Below, in pieces: positions 36,001 to 50,400 of a stretch of DNA of 64,000 nt. The translations under genes and the position numbers were made by a program. Numbering within the stretch: the stretch's first letter is position 1; each line of letters opens with the position of its first letter. Below the pieces are notes generated by a model. It ran no database searches. It saw nothing but the letters and a program-made list of their open reading frames with translations, and was not told where the DNA came from. This DNA is from Octopus vulgaris (Eukaryota): NCBI GenBank assembly GCA_951406725.2, contig OX597832.1, positions 4,092,001 through 4,156,000 of the forward strand. Direction: 5' to 3'.

Positions 36001-38545
36001 TTTGACTTTGAAGAGAATATATTTTTTACAAATGTTCACTACCTTGCCAAAACTATATCAGGGAAGTAAAGACCTTCTCTAAATACAGTAAACCTATAAC
36101 ATATTCAGAACACTGTTTCAGAAAATTATCACTGTTCTCTTTGAGTATATAAACGACAAATTTAGGCGGGGAAAAATAGGTAAGACAAAACAAAGTAAAT
36201 ATACTCTTCAAGTTTTCCAGAATTAAATTTGAAGAGATCATAGACATAAACATCTATCCTAAGAAATCAGAAATGCAACAAAATTTTAAATATCTTGGTC
36301 AAATGAAAGAGGAATTTGGAAAAATAGCACATAATATGAAATTAATGAAACTCATCTAAATCTAAAAACTTAACATAAAATATTCTTTATAGCTTCTTCA
36401 CCAAAAATTATCCAGATATTTTATTAGCTACCTCAATTACAGCTGGGACAAATTTTGAGGAAAAATTTCTTGAAAATAGTACCTGTCACCTACATTTCAA
36501 ACTCTCAGTTTCAACAACTATGTACACTATGCTGGCCAAATTTTACTCCCAAAGGTGATGAAATGGTAAAAAATGAGAGAAAACAAGAAATCAGAAATTA
36601 TTCATTTTGCCCCTGTTACCAATTTTTCCCCACTTCCATATAGTGATTCCAAGTGTTTGACAGAATGATGAAAAATATATGAAAAACTAAGGTTCAATTT
36701 AATGAAACATTTGAATATATATATGCAATAATTCTTGAGATGAAAAAGAATGTTTTTAGCTGTTGAGAGATGTAATTTTATAATTAAAGCTAAATTCAAA
36801 AGATTTCTTTTCTTACTTGCTTCATAAAATAAGACCAATGTTCAAAGCCTCACTGAAATAAGTTTAGAAGTAGAAGTGTGTATGTATGTGTGCATGCCTT
36901 TAAGGTCAGTCATGCATTGAAAGAAGGAATTTGGCCTAGAGACAATAATATTTTTCTATCAATCTCTTTATCTTTATATACATTTATACTTACACACATA
37001 CACTCATAGATATATGCATACATTTTCAGGAGTGTTTTGTTGTTTCCCTTTTTTCTGTTGTCCCAAAAGCTGTTACAATTCCCAAGGGAAATTGCATGTG
37101 CTTTGGGACTGGGTTTTTTAGTTGAATTATTTGGTGTCTCTAGAGTGGTTATCATAAAAGAGAATCTATTACATTTTTTAAGAAGTCAAGTTACCTTTGT
37201 ATATTGAAAGAGAGCCTCTTCCTGCCTGATTGTTGGGAGGTGGGGGTATCCCCCTGTATTGAGTCCTACATACCCATCGTAGCAGCCCCCCTCCCAAATA
37301 TCTCGATACTCTGGGCAATTGCCCTCTCCATACCCCTATAAATCTGGCTCGGCTTTGATGCTCCCCACTAGTCTTGCTCGTGATGAGACATGCGCATATT
37401 GTCAGCCACTAAGGAACATGCTCAAATGGTTAAGGTCAAGCAACTGGCTAGCAAATCTGGCATTGAGTGGAATATATACTATAGCAATATTTCTGCTTCA
37501 GCAACTCAGCACTGAATCTGTCAGAAATGTAGTGGAAAATAGGTCAGTTTGAAAACATTGATGACCAGGTCACAAAAGCAAATTTTGAAGGGAATTGTAA
37601 TCATTTCCTTTGATTTCTAGATAGAAGCAAATAGGAAATAACACTTACTAACCAAAAACAGAAAAAAATTAAAGTTTTGTTACACAATGTAATTAGTGAA
37701 GTAACTATCTATGGTCATCATTGTTATTTAGTCATTTTAAAATTTTATTTCTTATGTGGTCCAGTAGATAAATTTTTTTGACTTCATTCAACACCAAACC
37801 AGGCGAACAACTTATTTCCATGCAATTAATGTTGTTATTTTCTAAAGATTAGGATTATATTTATGCTTGGATAAATACTTTTGTTCTAACCACTCATTGC
37901 ACTGAGTGTTTTCATTTAATTGCTTTAATTGTTTTTATTCAGTTTGCTTTTAAGCAAAAGATGAGTGGAAAATTAGTTTTTGGCAGCTTAAGTTTCTAGA
38001 AATGCAAGAATAAATGCAAAAGATAAACAAGAGTGTTCATTCATTATTTATATCTATAGACAAACAATTCATTTAAGAAGAAATTTGACTCATAAAATAA
38101 GTCGCAAAAGTCTTGTAACTGCCTTGCATTTATATGTACCATTCATTGAACCAACAAAGGAGCATCAATGTGATTGATAAATCTGCTAGGAATAGCAACC
38201 AAATTTCCCTCATATATATTCCTATATGTATTCTGTTTATATAAAAGACAGAATGATCAAGACTGAACTGTTTTGACCAAAAGTCTCATCTGTCAGGACT
38301 GACCTGTGGCTAATAACAACATCAATGTTTGGTTTATTTGTTTCATTATAGAGCCTAGGACGAGTATATGTCCACGAGGCTATGGTAAAGAAGCCTCCAG
38401 TCCATATGCTCTAAATTTTCCAATCTTACCGCAATCGCGCGGTCTTCTCAGCAGCAAATATAAACTGCTGATTTAATTTCAAAATTAGCCAAAAAATCAT
38501 TAATTAATAAATATATTTATTAATTAATGATTATATATATATATG

Positions 38546-38590
<45 letters not shown>

Positions 38591-38785
38591 ATGTATGTAT
38601 ATATATATATGTATATATATGTATATATATATATGTGTATGTATGTATGTATATATGTATATATGTATGTATGTATGTATGTATATATGTATGTATGTAT
38701 ATATATGTATGTATGTATGTATATATATGTATGTATGAATGTATGTATATATATATGTATGTATATATATATATATGTATGTATG

Positions 38786-38816
<31 letters not shown>

Positions 38817-40961
38817 GACAGGCATCTACCAAATCCATTCACAAGGCTTTGGTCAGCCCGAGGCTATAGTAGAAGACACTTGCCCAAGGTGCCACGCAGT
38901 GGGACTGAACCCGGAACCATGTGGGTGGTAAGCAAGCTACTTACCACACAGCCACTCCTATGTCTTCAATTAATTGTCAATTAATTCAATACTTCATTAC
39001 TCAGTTAAGTGTTTCAGTAGCTTAACAGTTACACATTTGAAAGAGAAAACAGCAGCAGTCATTGTTTTTGTTTTTTTGTTTTTGTTTTTTTCAAGCAGCT
39101 TTGATCAGCCATTTAATTTCAGAACAGACTATAGTTCAAGTTCTTCCAACAGCAGGTCTTTTGGCCAGTCATTTTGGTATGTTTATCTCTCAAGTGCACA
39201 TAATGCATCCTCACAGCTGCACCACAATTGCATTTTAAGTAAACATACTACCTTATAAAAATATTAGTCAAATATTGATATGTGTACATGTGTGTCTGCA
39301 CACTCTCATACATAGCTCTTCACATTGTAACAACAGCAATTTATATAGCAAAGTATGACCAACATATATGGAGGATGAAGATGATCTTACTTTATAAAAA
39401 CAACCTACCTGGTTATTGTGATTCCAATAAAGACATTAACTCTGTAGACGATAAAGAGGACAGCAAGCCTCAGAAATTCTACCAAACCAAATATGCAACA
39501 TAGAAAAATTGTAAATATTGTCAACTACATGAATATGGCTTTCATGTGTTATATTGGTTCTGTATGTAGTAGCAATGGAGTAAGCATCAACCATCATCAT
39601 GTATCCTCTTCAGTCACCTTGTTTTGTATTGTTTTTTTCCCCCCAGAAAAGCTAATACTAATGAATGATCAAAGATAAGAGGCAGGAAAGTAGTAGTGAT
39701 ATTAAACTATTAGCAACTTATATAATGTTCTGTACATTGTCATGTAGAAAAGTGCATCAGCCTTCACATCATATTGTTGAAGGCAACAATGAAAATTGCT
39801 ATACTGTAGATTAATATAACCCATGCCAGTATAATGAAACACATGTTAAAATTATGATTGTAATATTTAAAAGCACCAAAATAAATAATGATAATAATGA
39901 AATTATTGCTCAGTGCTCAGGTGCACCACAACTTGTCAAAAGTGAATATAAAGTACATGCAGTAATGTACAAATGTCTGAGAAGTTAACATGTTTCTGGG
40001 ATGTTGAATAAACAGAATGTGTGATTTGATATAACAAGGTGATGTAGCTGACATATCTTAATCAATGTTTCTAGATTGGAGATCTAGTGGTATTAAAATA
40101 CAATCTGGGAATGAACTGAAATTTTCTCTTCAGTAGTATGCCTTTCCTTCCTTTAGCGACTTTTACCACTCTCTTCTGCACGAAAATACACTGCAATGTA
40201 AATGAACTTTCCATCCTTGTTAGGTTCTCATTTCTACACAGACAGTCTGTTATAGTATGCCTGAAGACTCCTCTAACCTCTTCTATGTGTTACATTATCA
40301 CTAACACTTAAATGTGTATTTGTTATAATTTGCAATGCAATCCTGCATCTTTTACTAGCATTTTCTGTAATCATTATCATTTAATCCTGAAATAGATGCT
40401 ATGTACATTACCTTTGTACACTCTCTAACACTGGTTAATGAGAATGTAATTGTTTAACTTGAAGTTTTATATGCTGATGGCTATAAAATTTGATAGTTGC
40501 AAAAGTGTTGTTGTCTTAAGGAGAAAAGATTGAGAAAAATGTTTAATATGGTCTTCATGGAAGACCATTGAATATACTGAAAGTGGTAGAAGCAGATACA
40601 TATTGGTTCCACAACTTGTAAGTTCAAGAAATAGCACTACTATTGCTAAATAGCATGTTTGCTCTGTAAATAGATTGTAAGGAGTAACATTCATTCCCAT
40701 GTTGAAAATAACAAGTTAGTTCTTAGTAGGGTTGTTGAAATTGCCTTTCCTGGGGTTGGGATATTTTGTTATTGGAAGCAGAGAGGAAAAAGTGAAAAGT
40801 TTTGTGGGAATAGAAAATAACTCAAAAGCACACTGATGCTGAAAGAAAGTACACCATTAGGATTAGAATTCATGCTGGACTGGAAAATAAAATCATGTTT
40901 ACTGATTTGGTAATAGTGTAAATATGGTGGGATTCAAAAGAGGAGTTAAAACAGCAGCAAC

Positions 40962-40995
<34 letters not shown>

Positions 40996-43900
40996 ACAGT
41001 AACAGCAGCAAAATGATGAGATTGCAGTATCATCATTGTTGAGGGTGATTGGTAGGAGAATTTTGTAATTAATAGAGAACTTAGTAAAGGATAAAAGATT
41101 ATTGCACATGTAATAATAAATAGATTCTTCTGGGACTGTGATGGTCAGGGAGACCATCTTGATATAGTAAGCTGTTTATTTCACTTAGGTATCTATATAA
41201 GGTATAGTTTGGATTAGAGCATATGAGTTAGAGATTTGTGTATCAGAAAATAAATATTAGATATAGCTTATATGTTTGTAGAAGGGATGGCTAGTCACAA
41301 TCGGATAGAGTACATTGATAGATATGTAACACTTGAACTGAATTGAAATATGTTTCTGTCTTGTTGAATTTTTGATAATTAAATCAGTAATACAAGTTCT
41401 TAATATGGTTACATTTTCTATTTGGAACTCTTCTACTCATATGCCTAACACATGGTTAAGAATTTTTATCTCAAGTTGTCTACCAACTCAGTTGCACTAT
41501 TTAATTGAAAATATTTCACTTCACTTATATTATTAATACTTTTCATTAAAACTGGTGTCATGTGCCTTTATAAAACAAAACAACAAAAACAAACTAACAT
41601 CTTTTCTTCTATAGTGAAAGTGACCAACATAGTCAAAAAGTCTCTTTACTTAAAACCGACAACTCTACATTTCCGCTGTATTTAAGTCCAGGAGAAGTAC
41701 TCTCCCTTGTATTTACTGTACAACAAAAAGAACTGGAAGGTCCAAATATGGTAAGTTTATACCAGTTTTGATTATTTCGTCAAACTGTCAGTCTAACTTG
41801 TCGCAGGTTTGCAAAAATCTAAGGCCACAGCCCCTTCCTCCGGATAAAACAAAAGGAAAAAAATGTGCAAACAACAAGAAATTGTATGTTAGTTGCTTTA
41901 CTCTGTTATAGATTAGCATGACTTCTGCATGCTTAACAAACCCACTTAAGTTATCAAATCCAGTTTTGTCTTGTATCTGGAATGCTATGTTTCATCCTCT
42001 TTATCTCTGACTCTTATTTCGTCTCTCCCCTCCCTCTCTCTCTCTTTCTCAACGAAAGCTTTAGAAATATTTAACTTTTCACTTTCAAAATCTTTACTTT
42101 GATAGAGCTCTGTTTTTACTTAAAGTTTAGGATTGCAACTGCAATATATTCATTGTTTATTGATTGATAACTATCTTTCTTTGGTTACACATTTTCCATT
42201 GTGTCTTCTGTATAATATTCTACCTGCTTCCCTCTCTCAACTTTATTTATCAGTGCTAACATTATCCACTATCACCATTTCTGAATATACTCCATGCCTT
42301 TCCATCTTATTTCTTTCCAAACTCTTAACATACAAAAAAAAAAAGACCATGTTTTCAATACTGATGCATATAGAAATTGCTCTGACAATTTATAAATTAC
42401 TGTTACTAACATTATTACAATACTAAAAGTAGTTGAGTGTTAAATGCCTTGTAGTATTTAGTGTCCTTCCTCTGGATTCTAAGTTCAAATCATGTGTCTT
42501 CAGTCAATAAGTGATTGCCAAGGATTTACTAATTTTTCCCCGCTCCATTGCAAGAAATTATTATTGCAATAATGTTTGTGTTTTGTTGCAGATGTTTTCT
42601 CTGGCAGCACACATCAGTTGGTGTAGCCAGCAAGCTAAACTAATGGATGAGCCAAAAACAGTTACCACTTACAGGTATTTTTCTCTAATATTTATTCTTT
42701 TTTTTTAAATTTCTTTTTTTAAATATCTCTCAGTTCATATCCAAACTAGAAACATTAAAAATAAGCATTAAAATAATGTAACATTTGTTAAGATTTGTCC
42801 CCTTTTTGTGTTGTCTTCTTTTTTGTGCTCATTGTTTTCTTCATATAATATTGATAGATATATTGTTTTCTTCTTGCAGCCTTCCAAACATCAAACTTCA
42901 TCATCCACCATTTGTTGTTTCTGTTTCTTGTAAAGATGAAATTACTGTTGGTCGCAGGTAACAGAGATTTTGCTCCTCGTGTTTTTCTGTTTGTCTAAGC
43001 ATGTAATAAGTGCGGTAATGGCTTTGTGGTAAAAAGTTTGCTTCACAATCACATGGTTCCAGGTTCAATCCAACTATGTGACACCTTGGGCAAGTGTTTT
43101 CTACTATAGCCTCAGGCTGACCAAAGTGGATTGTGAGTGGATTTTGTAGGCGGAAACTGAAAGAAGCCCATCATGTGTGTGTGTGTGTGTGTATCTTCCA
43201 TCTTTCATTTCCTTCGTGTGTGTGTGTTTGTCCCCCACCACCAACTAGTGTTGGTGTGCTTACATCCCTGTGACTTAGCAGCTTGGCAAGAGAGCCAATA
43301 GAATAAGTACCAGGCTTAACAAAAGATAAACACTGGAGTCAATTAATTTGACTAAAAATTCTTCAAGGTGGTGATTTCAAATTTTGATACAAGGACAAAT
43401 ATTAGCAAATATTAGCAATTGTCTTTGCATTAGTGAGCCTGTATGAGGCATTTCATGGGAAAGAAACCAGCACTTTTGCAGCTTAAATGCCTAAATCGAG
43501 AAACATTTTATGATTTCAACATCTCCCTCATTTCTTGGAGCCCTGTTTTTCTTGGCCTACATTGAACTTGAAACTAGATACCTTGGTGTTATAAGCACAG
43601 TCAGTTATCACATCTGCATCTCTAAATCACTTGATTTTCCACTGATGCATATACCTACAGATTGCAGTTGAAACCACCATTTCTCTATTATTTTTAATCT
43701 GAATTGTGAAAGTGCATGGCTTAGTGGTTAGGGGTATTCAGTCCATGATCATAAGGTCATGAGTTCAATTCCTGGTGATGTGTTGTGTCCTTGAGCAAGA
43801 CACTTTATTTCACATTGCTCCTGTCCACTCAGCTATCAAGAAGGAGTACTACCTGTATTTCAAAAGGCCAGCCTCGTCACATTCTGTGTCACACTGAATC

Positions 43901-44402
43901 TCCCCGAGAGCTATGTTAAGAGAATGCATGTCTGTTGAGTGCTCAACTACTTGCATGTTAAGTTCACAAGAGGCTGTTCTATTGATCAACTCAACTGGAA
44001 CCCTTGTCGTAACTAACAGAGTGCCAATTAATCTAAATCCTGATACATTAAGTTTCTTTGATCCTTAAACAATAATTACTTCATCACAACTAAACACATT
44101 TTAACTGATTGTTTTTAGTTCTAAATTTAAATTTAGATTGTAAAATTCAGAAATCTAAAAGTTGAATTTTTTTGCTCCACAGTTTCAATGTTCTCTACAC
44201 CATTTCAAACAAATTACAAGATTTTTTGGCTCTTCGCCTCTACTGGAACCCCACACCTTCATCCAGCATTGTAGAAACAAAGGAAGGTTTGTAGACATGT
44301 ATTTTTACCTCTATTTCTAAACAGGACTTTACATTTGCTTATGTTAACCTGGGTTGCTTATGTTTCTTCATTTCTTTTCTTTTTTCACGAATGTGTATGT
44401 GC

Positions 44403-44451
<49 letters not shown>

Positions 44452-47400
44452 CAGATATAGGGTGAAATATAATTAATTTAATAAAATCAACAAATTTCAC
44501 CTAGTAGTATTTCGGTATGGAAAAGGACCATATTCGGTAAAAATTTATATAATTATAATAACAAGTTGCTTAAACCACATACCGAAAATTTTAGAAATAG
44601 CAGCCAAAAGACTACTATTTCCTTTTACTACAAAAATAAGTCTCCACTGACAACAATATTTGTAACTCACATATAGCAAAAAAAAAGAAGAAAAATAATG
44701 AAATCACACAGTCTTCGGTCAATTATGGACGTTCGTTTCTGGATTAGAATCGTAAGGTTCATTTCCTTTATCAACATAATATTCCTCATAAATCTAGAAA
44801 TGCTGGGAAAACTTACCTCTTATATTTTCGATCAAGCGACATCGAAAAATATAAAAGCCAACCAGCATATCCACATTTATATAGACATGTGAATCGTACC
44901 TCCCTCCAGAGTTCTACCACGTTTTTTTATCAGTTTTAGCAGATTATTTCGTCAATTTATGCAAACCTTTTTGTTTTTATCACAGAGCAAAAGCAACACA
45001 TCTTTCCCCTATGAAACCGGAAGTATATATATATATATATATATCCAGTCAGGCGGCTGACCGGATGGGTTCTTAGTACTTTTCCCTAACTTATTTTGTC
45101 AGTTTTAACTTTTGGACTTAGCACTACCAATTTCCTCTGCAAAATTAGGATAACAGCAGCATGTCTGAGAAATGAGTACCGCAAGGTGGAGTGGCTGCTG
45201 CAGTGAGTGTCATTGGCCATTCTCCATGGTAGTGCCATTGCAATCATGACTGCGGAGCATGGCTGAGCACACCATTTGTTCTGGGATGTGTGGACCATTG
45301 CCCCTCCCTTTCTGCTGCTTAACCCCCCCCCACCTTTTTCTTTTTTCTTTTTCTTTGATTCTTTGTATTTAAATGTTATTAATAAACTCTAAATTATTGA
45401 GGATCAAAAAAGAAAAAAACAATAAAAAAGATACCTTTACAAAAGAATACAGAATTGATAATGTGCTTTTCTCTCAATTTTCAGGCTATATGAATATTAA
45501 AGCACCCAAGCATAATATTATGAACTCTATTATATGTCAAGATCCAGATGTACTTCTTGGGTAAATAGTTAATATTTTGCTTTCTACATTTATAACAAGT
45601 ATTTCCCATTAGAATTATTTTGCTTGAAAATATTTTGTCACTATTATTCATCATCATCATCATCATCGTTTAATGTTTGTTTTCCATGCTGGCATGGGTT
45701 GGACGGTTTTGTCTGAGGTCTGGAGAGCCAGCGGCTGCACGAGGCTCCAATCTGGTCTGGCAATGTTTTCACAGCTGGATGCCCTTCCTAATGTCAACCA
45801 CTCCGAGAGTGTAGTGGGTGCTTTTTACATGCCACCAGTACAGGAGTCAGTCAGGTGGGCCTGGCATCAATCAAGTTCAGATAGTGCTTTTTACCTGCTA
45901 CCCTCTCTCTTCCAGGCCTTCCAAGCCTGTTTTTTTGCTCTAATGGCCCTGTCTACAGTATTGTTCCATCACCATGTTACCCTAGGTCTAGAAGGGACTT
46001 TGCACCAGCCACAGATTTGGTCTGTGGCACTCAGCAAGCTGTCTCACAGGAATTCTCAGCTGCCTTCTATGTCACAGGACTGTAGCACCTCCTCCCTATC
46101 ATCAAATTTCTTGGTAAAGATGCCCCCTATTCCATCACTATTACCTTCCCAGAAGAGTTTATACCTATGTGCTTTGCCTGTGATGACTCTGGCTTAAGCT
46201 CCTCTCCACCTTCTTGTATGCAACATACATTAACACATCTCTGTTCAAGCATCTCTACAATCTTGCTAGACCTACCTTTCAATGTGCCTACATTTAGAGT
46301 GCCAACTCTGAAAACTGGGAAAGAGACATGGGAGGTGACACAGAAAGGAGAGATGTTATTCAGCACCTGAAAAGAAGGTTCACATGATCGTCTGGTAACA
46401 GACGTCATAATAGTTGTTCTTGCTTTTAACCTACCATCATTCAAACTCTAACCCTAACCCAGGTTCAAAATTTCCCCAAGACACCTGATGAAGGCTGGAA
46501 GGTATATCAGCCGAAACATTGTGTTAACAACAAACAAGATAAGGACAAATATCCGTCAATTGTAGATCATGTAAATAATTCCTCATCTTTTGAATATAGA
46601 AATGTATTTAAAATGTTAATGCATCTCATCATCTTCGTTATTATCCTCACTATTCCCTCCACTTTATTATTATTACTATCATCACTTTTCATTTCTTCTC
46701 CCATAAAAGTTTTTTGCTGCTGTTTTCTCTCCTTTTCCTGCTAGGTTAGCCATGTTTCTCAGCAAGACACCTGTTCTTATCCATCTATCATACTCTTATC
46801 CCTTAACATGTGATATAAATCACCTCCCTTAATACTAAATCCCCACCCTCAATGAAGGGGCTTTGTCTTGTGAACTATTTAGCAACCTCATTAGTGCCAG
46901 GGATGCATAGAAACATCCAGTACTTGTGCCAGTGCCACATTACAGTGCCACTTAAGAGCACTTGTACTAGGGTCACATAAAAGCACCTATATCAGTGTCA
47001 TGTAAAGGCACCTGTGCCAGTGCCACATAAAAGCACCCATACCAGTCTCATGTAAAAGTGTAAAATGGTTGATGTTAGGAAGGCCATCCACTCATAGAAA
47101 CCATGATAAAGCAGACACTGCAGTTCAACACAGTCCTCAGACCTGTTGAATTCTGTTAAACTGTTCAGGCCATACCAGCATGGAATATGAATGTGAAAGA
47201 AAAAGAAGAAAAAAAGGTTTCTCACATCATATTTCCTTAGACAACTTTACAGATTTTATTATAATAAAATTATGGCTTTCATACTTCTCTTCCTCCATAA
47301 ACACAATCTCTAACCACTGATCCATGTGTTTTCAGATCTAGCTAAATCCAAAAGTACAAACCACAGGGATTTGGGGGTTTGGCATATTTATAGTAGGTAT

Positions 47401-50400
47401 ACAATTAAATATACCCTGAGATTTTGGGACATGATATGATTTCAATAATGGACTATTAAAAATTGCTATAAACAATTAAATGGTGGAGGTTTGGATCAGG
47501 ATACCTACATAAGTTGGGTTTCTCCACTTTGATGGGGACTTTTCCAATTTTTTTTCTCCATGACATTCGAAATAATGACAGGAAGCTATTTTTGAAAGAA
47601 AAATTCAAAAAATTTATGACCTACCCACCATCGATTTTTATATCAAAATAAAACAGAGAAGTCCTCTTCATGACTTTCATTTTCAACATAAATCAAGTTA
47701 CAGTATTCCAGCACATTGTACTAGAACTAGCACTACTATTCAGCAGTCAAAAACCAAAATGGGACAAACTTTGTTAATGGGTGGAAATACAAAGGTGATA
47801 TATAAGTGTTGGATTTTGATCAAAAGTATGTGAGAAGAAAGCTCACACCCAGAACTTTCAAATGATATACTGGGTGGGCCAAAAGTCACACACAAAATAA
47901 GTGCAGTACACTCGATGAATTGTCAAAAACATACTTCAAGTTTTCTAAAATTGAATAAAATAATGATGAATACACACATACATGATGAAAAAAATAAATA
48001 ATCATAACATAGTATGAATGTCAGATGTTTTGGTGCATTACTTTTGGCCCACCCTGTATAAGTGTCCACAAAAAAATTGTACTTTGACATGAAAATGATC
48101 AAGCAAAAAGTGGGATTTTGCATGTCACTCTTTCTACAGAACCCTACAATAATAGCTACTTATAAAATTAACACAAGCCTATGATCTGTTGCTTGCTGAG
48201 GTTTGATTGTGTGTGTTATAGAATCTACTTATAATGCTTCCTACATGTGTCTTTCTTTGGCAGGTCCTGTCCAAAAGGCTCGACTATGACAGCCAATGTT
48301 CGATTTCAGGTATTACATCCAGGTTTATTTGAAGTAAGTCATTTTCTATCTCAGAGATTAACAAAAGGATCAAACTAAGTTGTATATAACACTGTGTAAC
48401 ATGATTCTTGTCCTTGGATAGCAACTGTTATTTCCTATTTGCTTACCCCAAGAGAGTATGAAAACCAGCTGATATTTCCTTCAAATTTTGCTTTTGTTAC
48501 ATTTATTCAAATCCCAAAGAATCCTTCTTAATACATGGCTATGATTCTCCCCCACTACTCCTGCTCATGATCAGAGATGCACATATTGTCAGCCACTAAG
48601 GGATATGCTCAAGTGGCTATGGTCAAGCAACTGACAAGCAAATCTGTGGTAAGAGAATTGGATGAGATGTTTGGCTGTTAGCTAAGGTTGTGTTTTTATA
48701 GCAAAATGACAATAGGTATCTGTGAATATTGGCTATAAGAGCAATTAGTTAGTAGAAACACTTGAGTGTTATTTATCTATTCATTTATTTATTTATGTCT
48801 ACATTCTGAGCTCTGATCATGCTGAAGTCAACTTGCCTTTTATTTTTTCCAGGGTTAATAAAATAATTACCAGTCAAGTACTCTCCCTAATTTGAAACCA
48901 TATGCCATGTTTAAAATCAATATTAGCTGAGGCAAAACATGAATTTCTATGATGTTTCATTATAATAGTCTAAAATAGTGTTAGGTGACTACGACATATT
49001 GAATCAGTGCTTCTTATTTCATATCCATTATATGTAATTGAATGGTGTAATTAGTAAATTATACTTTTGCAGCCCCAAAATAAAGAGAGAAATAATAATA
49101 AAGCATTTATTGGTACCCTACAAATATGGTATTACTTTAAATTCAGTTTAAATGACAAACTGGTAAACTCACAAATTTTTGGAGTTCTTTTAGAATTTGA
49201 ATTATCAACTGTTAGCATATAACAAATCCTCCTCCAGGCCTGATCCCAGTGCTGGATGTCCAAGAACCAAATAAAGGGTAGATTTTCAATCCTGGAATCC
49301 TACTGATTCCAAAAAGGTATAATATGTCTATGTAGAGCAAATATAAACTGAGATATAGGCGTCCTGGACAGACAGACAGACAGAAAATTCGCATTTATTA
49401 TTATAGGTAAAAATTATTGTCTTAACACCTTTTCTGATTATTACAGGCTAGCAAGGATATCTCTACAAGGTTACTAGACCTGCTAAAGATAGCAACCAAT
49501 TCTCCCTTGAATCATATCCTATCATCTTATATAAGGACAGGAAACATTTAACTTTGTAACACCCTCCCCCACCATACTTCTAAACGGTTGGATGGTCAGG
49601 GTTAGAATGCTTTGTCAGATTTGGGTTAAAACAACAACAGCTGACTACTTTTTGCTTACTCATATTAGAAGTAAATATCTAATTGGTATCAATATTTAAC
49701 TGAATGCTTTTATTTGTGATTGAGTCCTCTTCCACCCCCCCACCACACACACACAGTGACCATTAAAAAAATGGCTAAATATTGATGCTTTTGTTCTCCT
49801 GCTCCATACTATTTTCAATGAGAAATTATATTTCTTTATAGCTTGGTCAGCATATGAAACTAAATTTGAGATATGCTTTACCTTCGTCCACTGAATCTCG
49901 ACAACATGAAATCAGCAGCCCAACTGATTCAATGTCTACACTCTCTCCTGATGAGCAACTAATGGCATCTGAAGAACTGTGGAGAGAACGTAGTGGTAGC
50001 ACTTCTTCCGTCCGTAGTGCTGGCTTTTTGTCCTGTGATGAACGCAGGCGATCATATGCTACCAAGTCTTACTCTTTTGGTGATCTTGGTCCAGCTTCTT
50101 CCAGTGAATCAGATACAGGGAGACACAGGAAGTAAGTATTTCTTTCAAGCAATGTCATTGGTTGGTTTTTTTCTGTTTATAACTAATCCATTATCTGGTA
50201 AGATAAGATTAACAATCTACTGATTAAAAACTTTTGCATTGATTACTGATTCAGTAGTAAGTGGAAAATAGTTTAGTTTATTGTTTTTACACTAAATAGA
50301 CATAACATGTCAACGACAACTTCTTTGTATTGAGGTTTTTTAGGATATCAAATCCTTCTAGTATTTGTTCTGAGTTTGAGCGTTAACTGTTTTGTAAGAT

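Noticed and set aside
41615-41685. Alternative frame [14 protein letters not shown] that would join exon 3 directly
   Set aside because: It hits TAA within the exon; exon 34859-34976 provides the correct phase and homology.
43712-43790. tRNA-like sequence
   Set aside because: Only A/B boxes at a SINE head; no complete cloverleaf.
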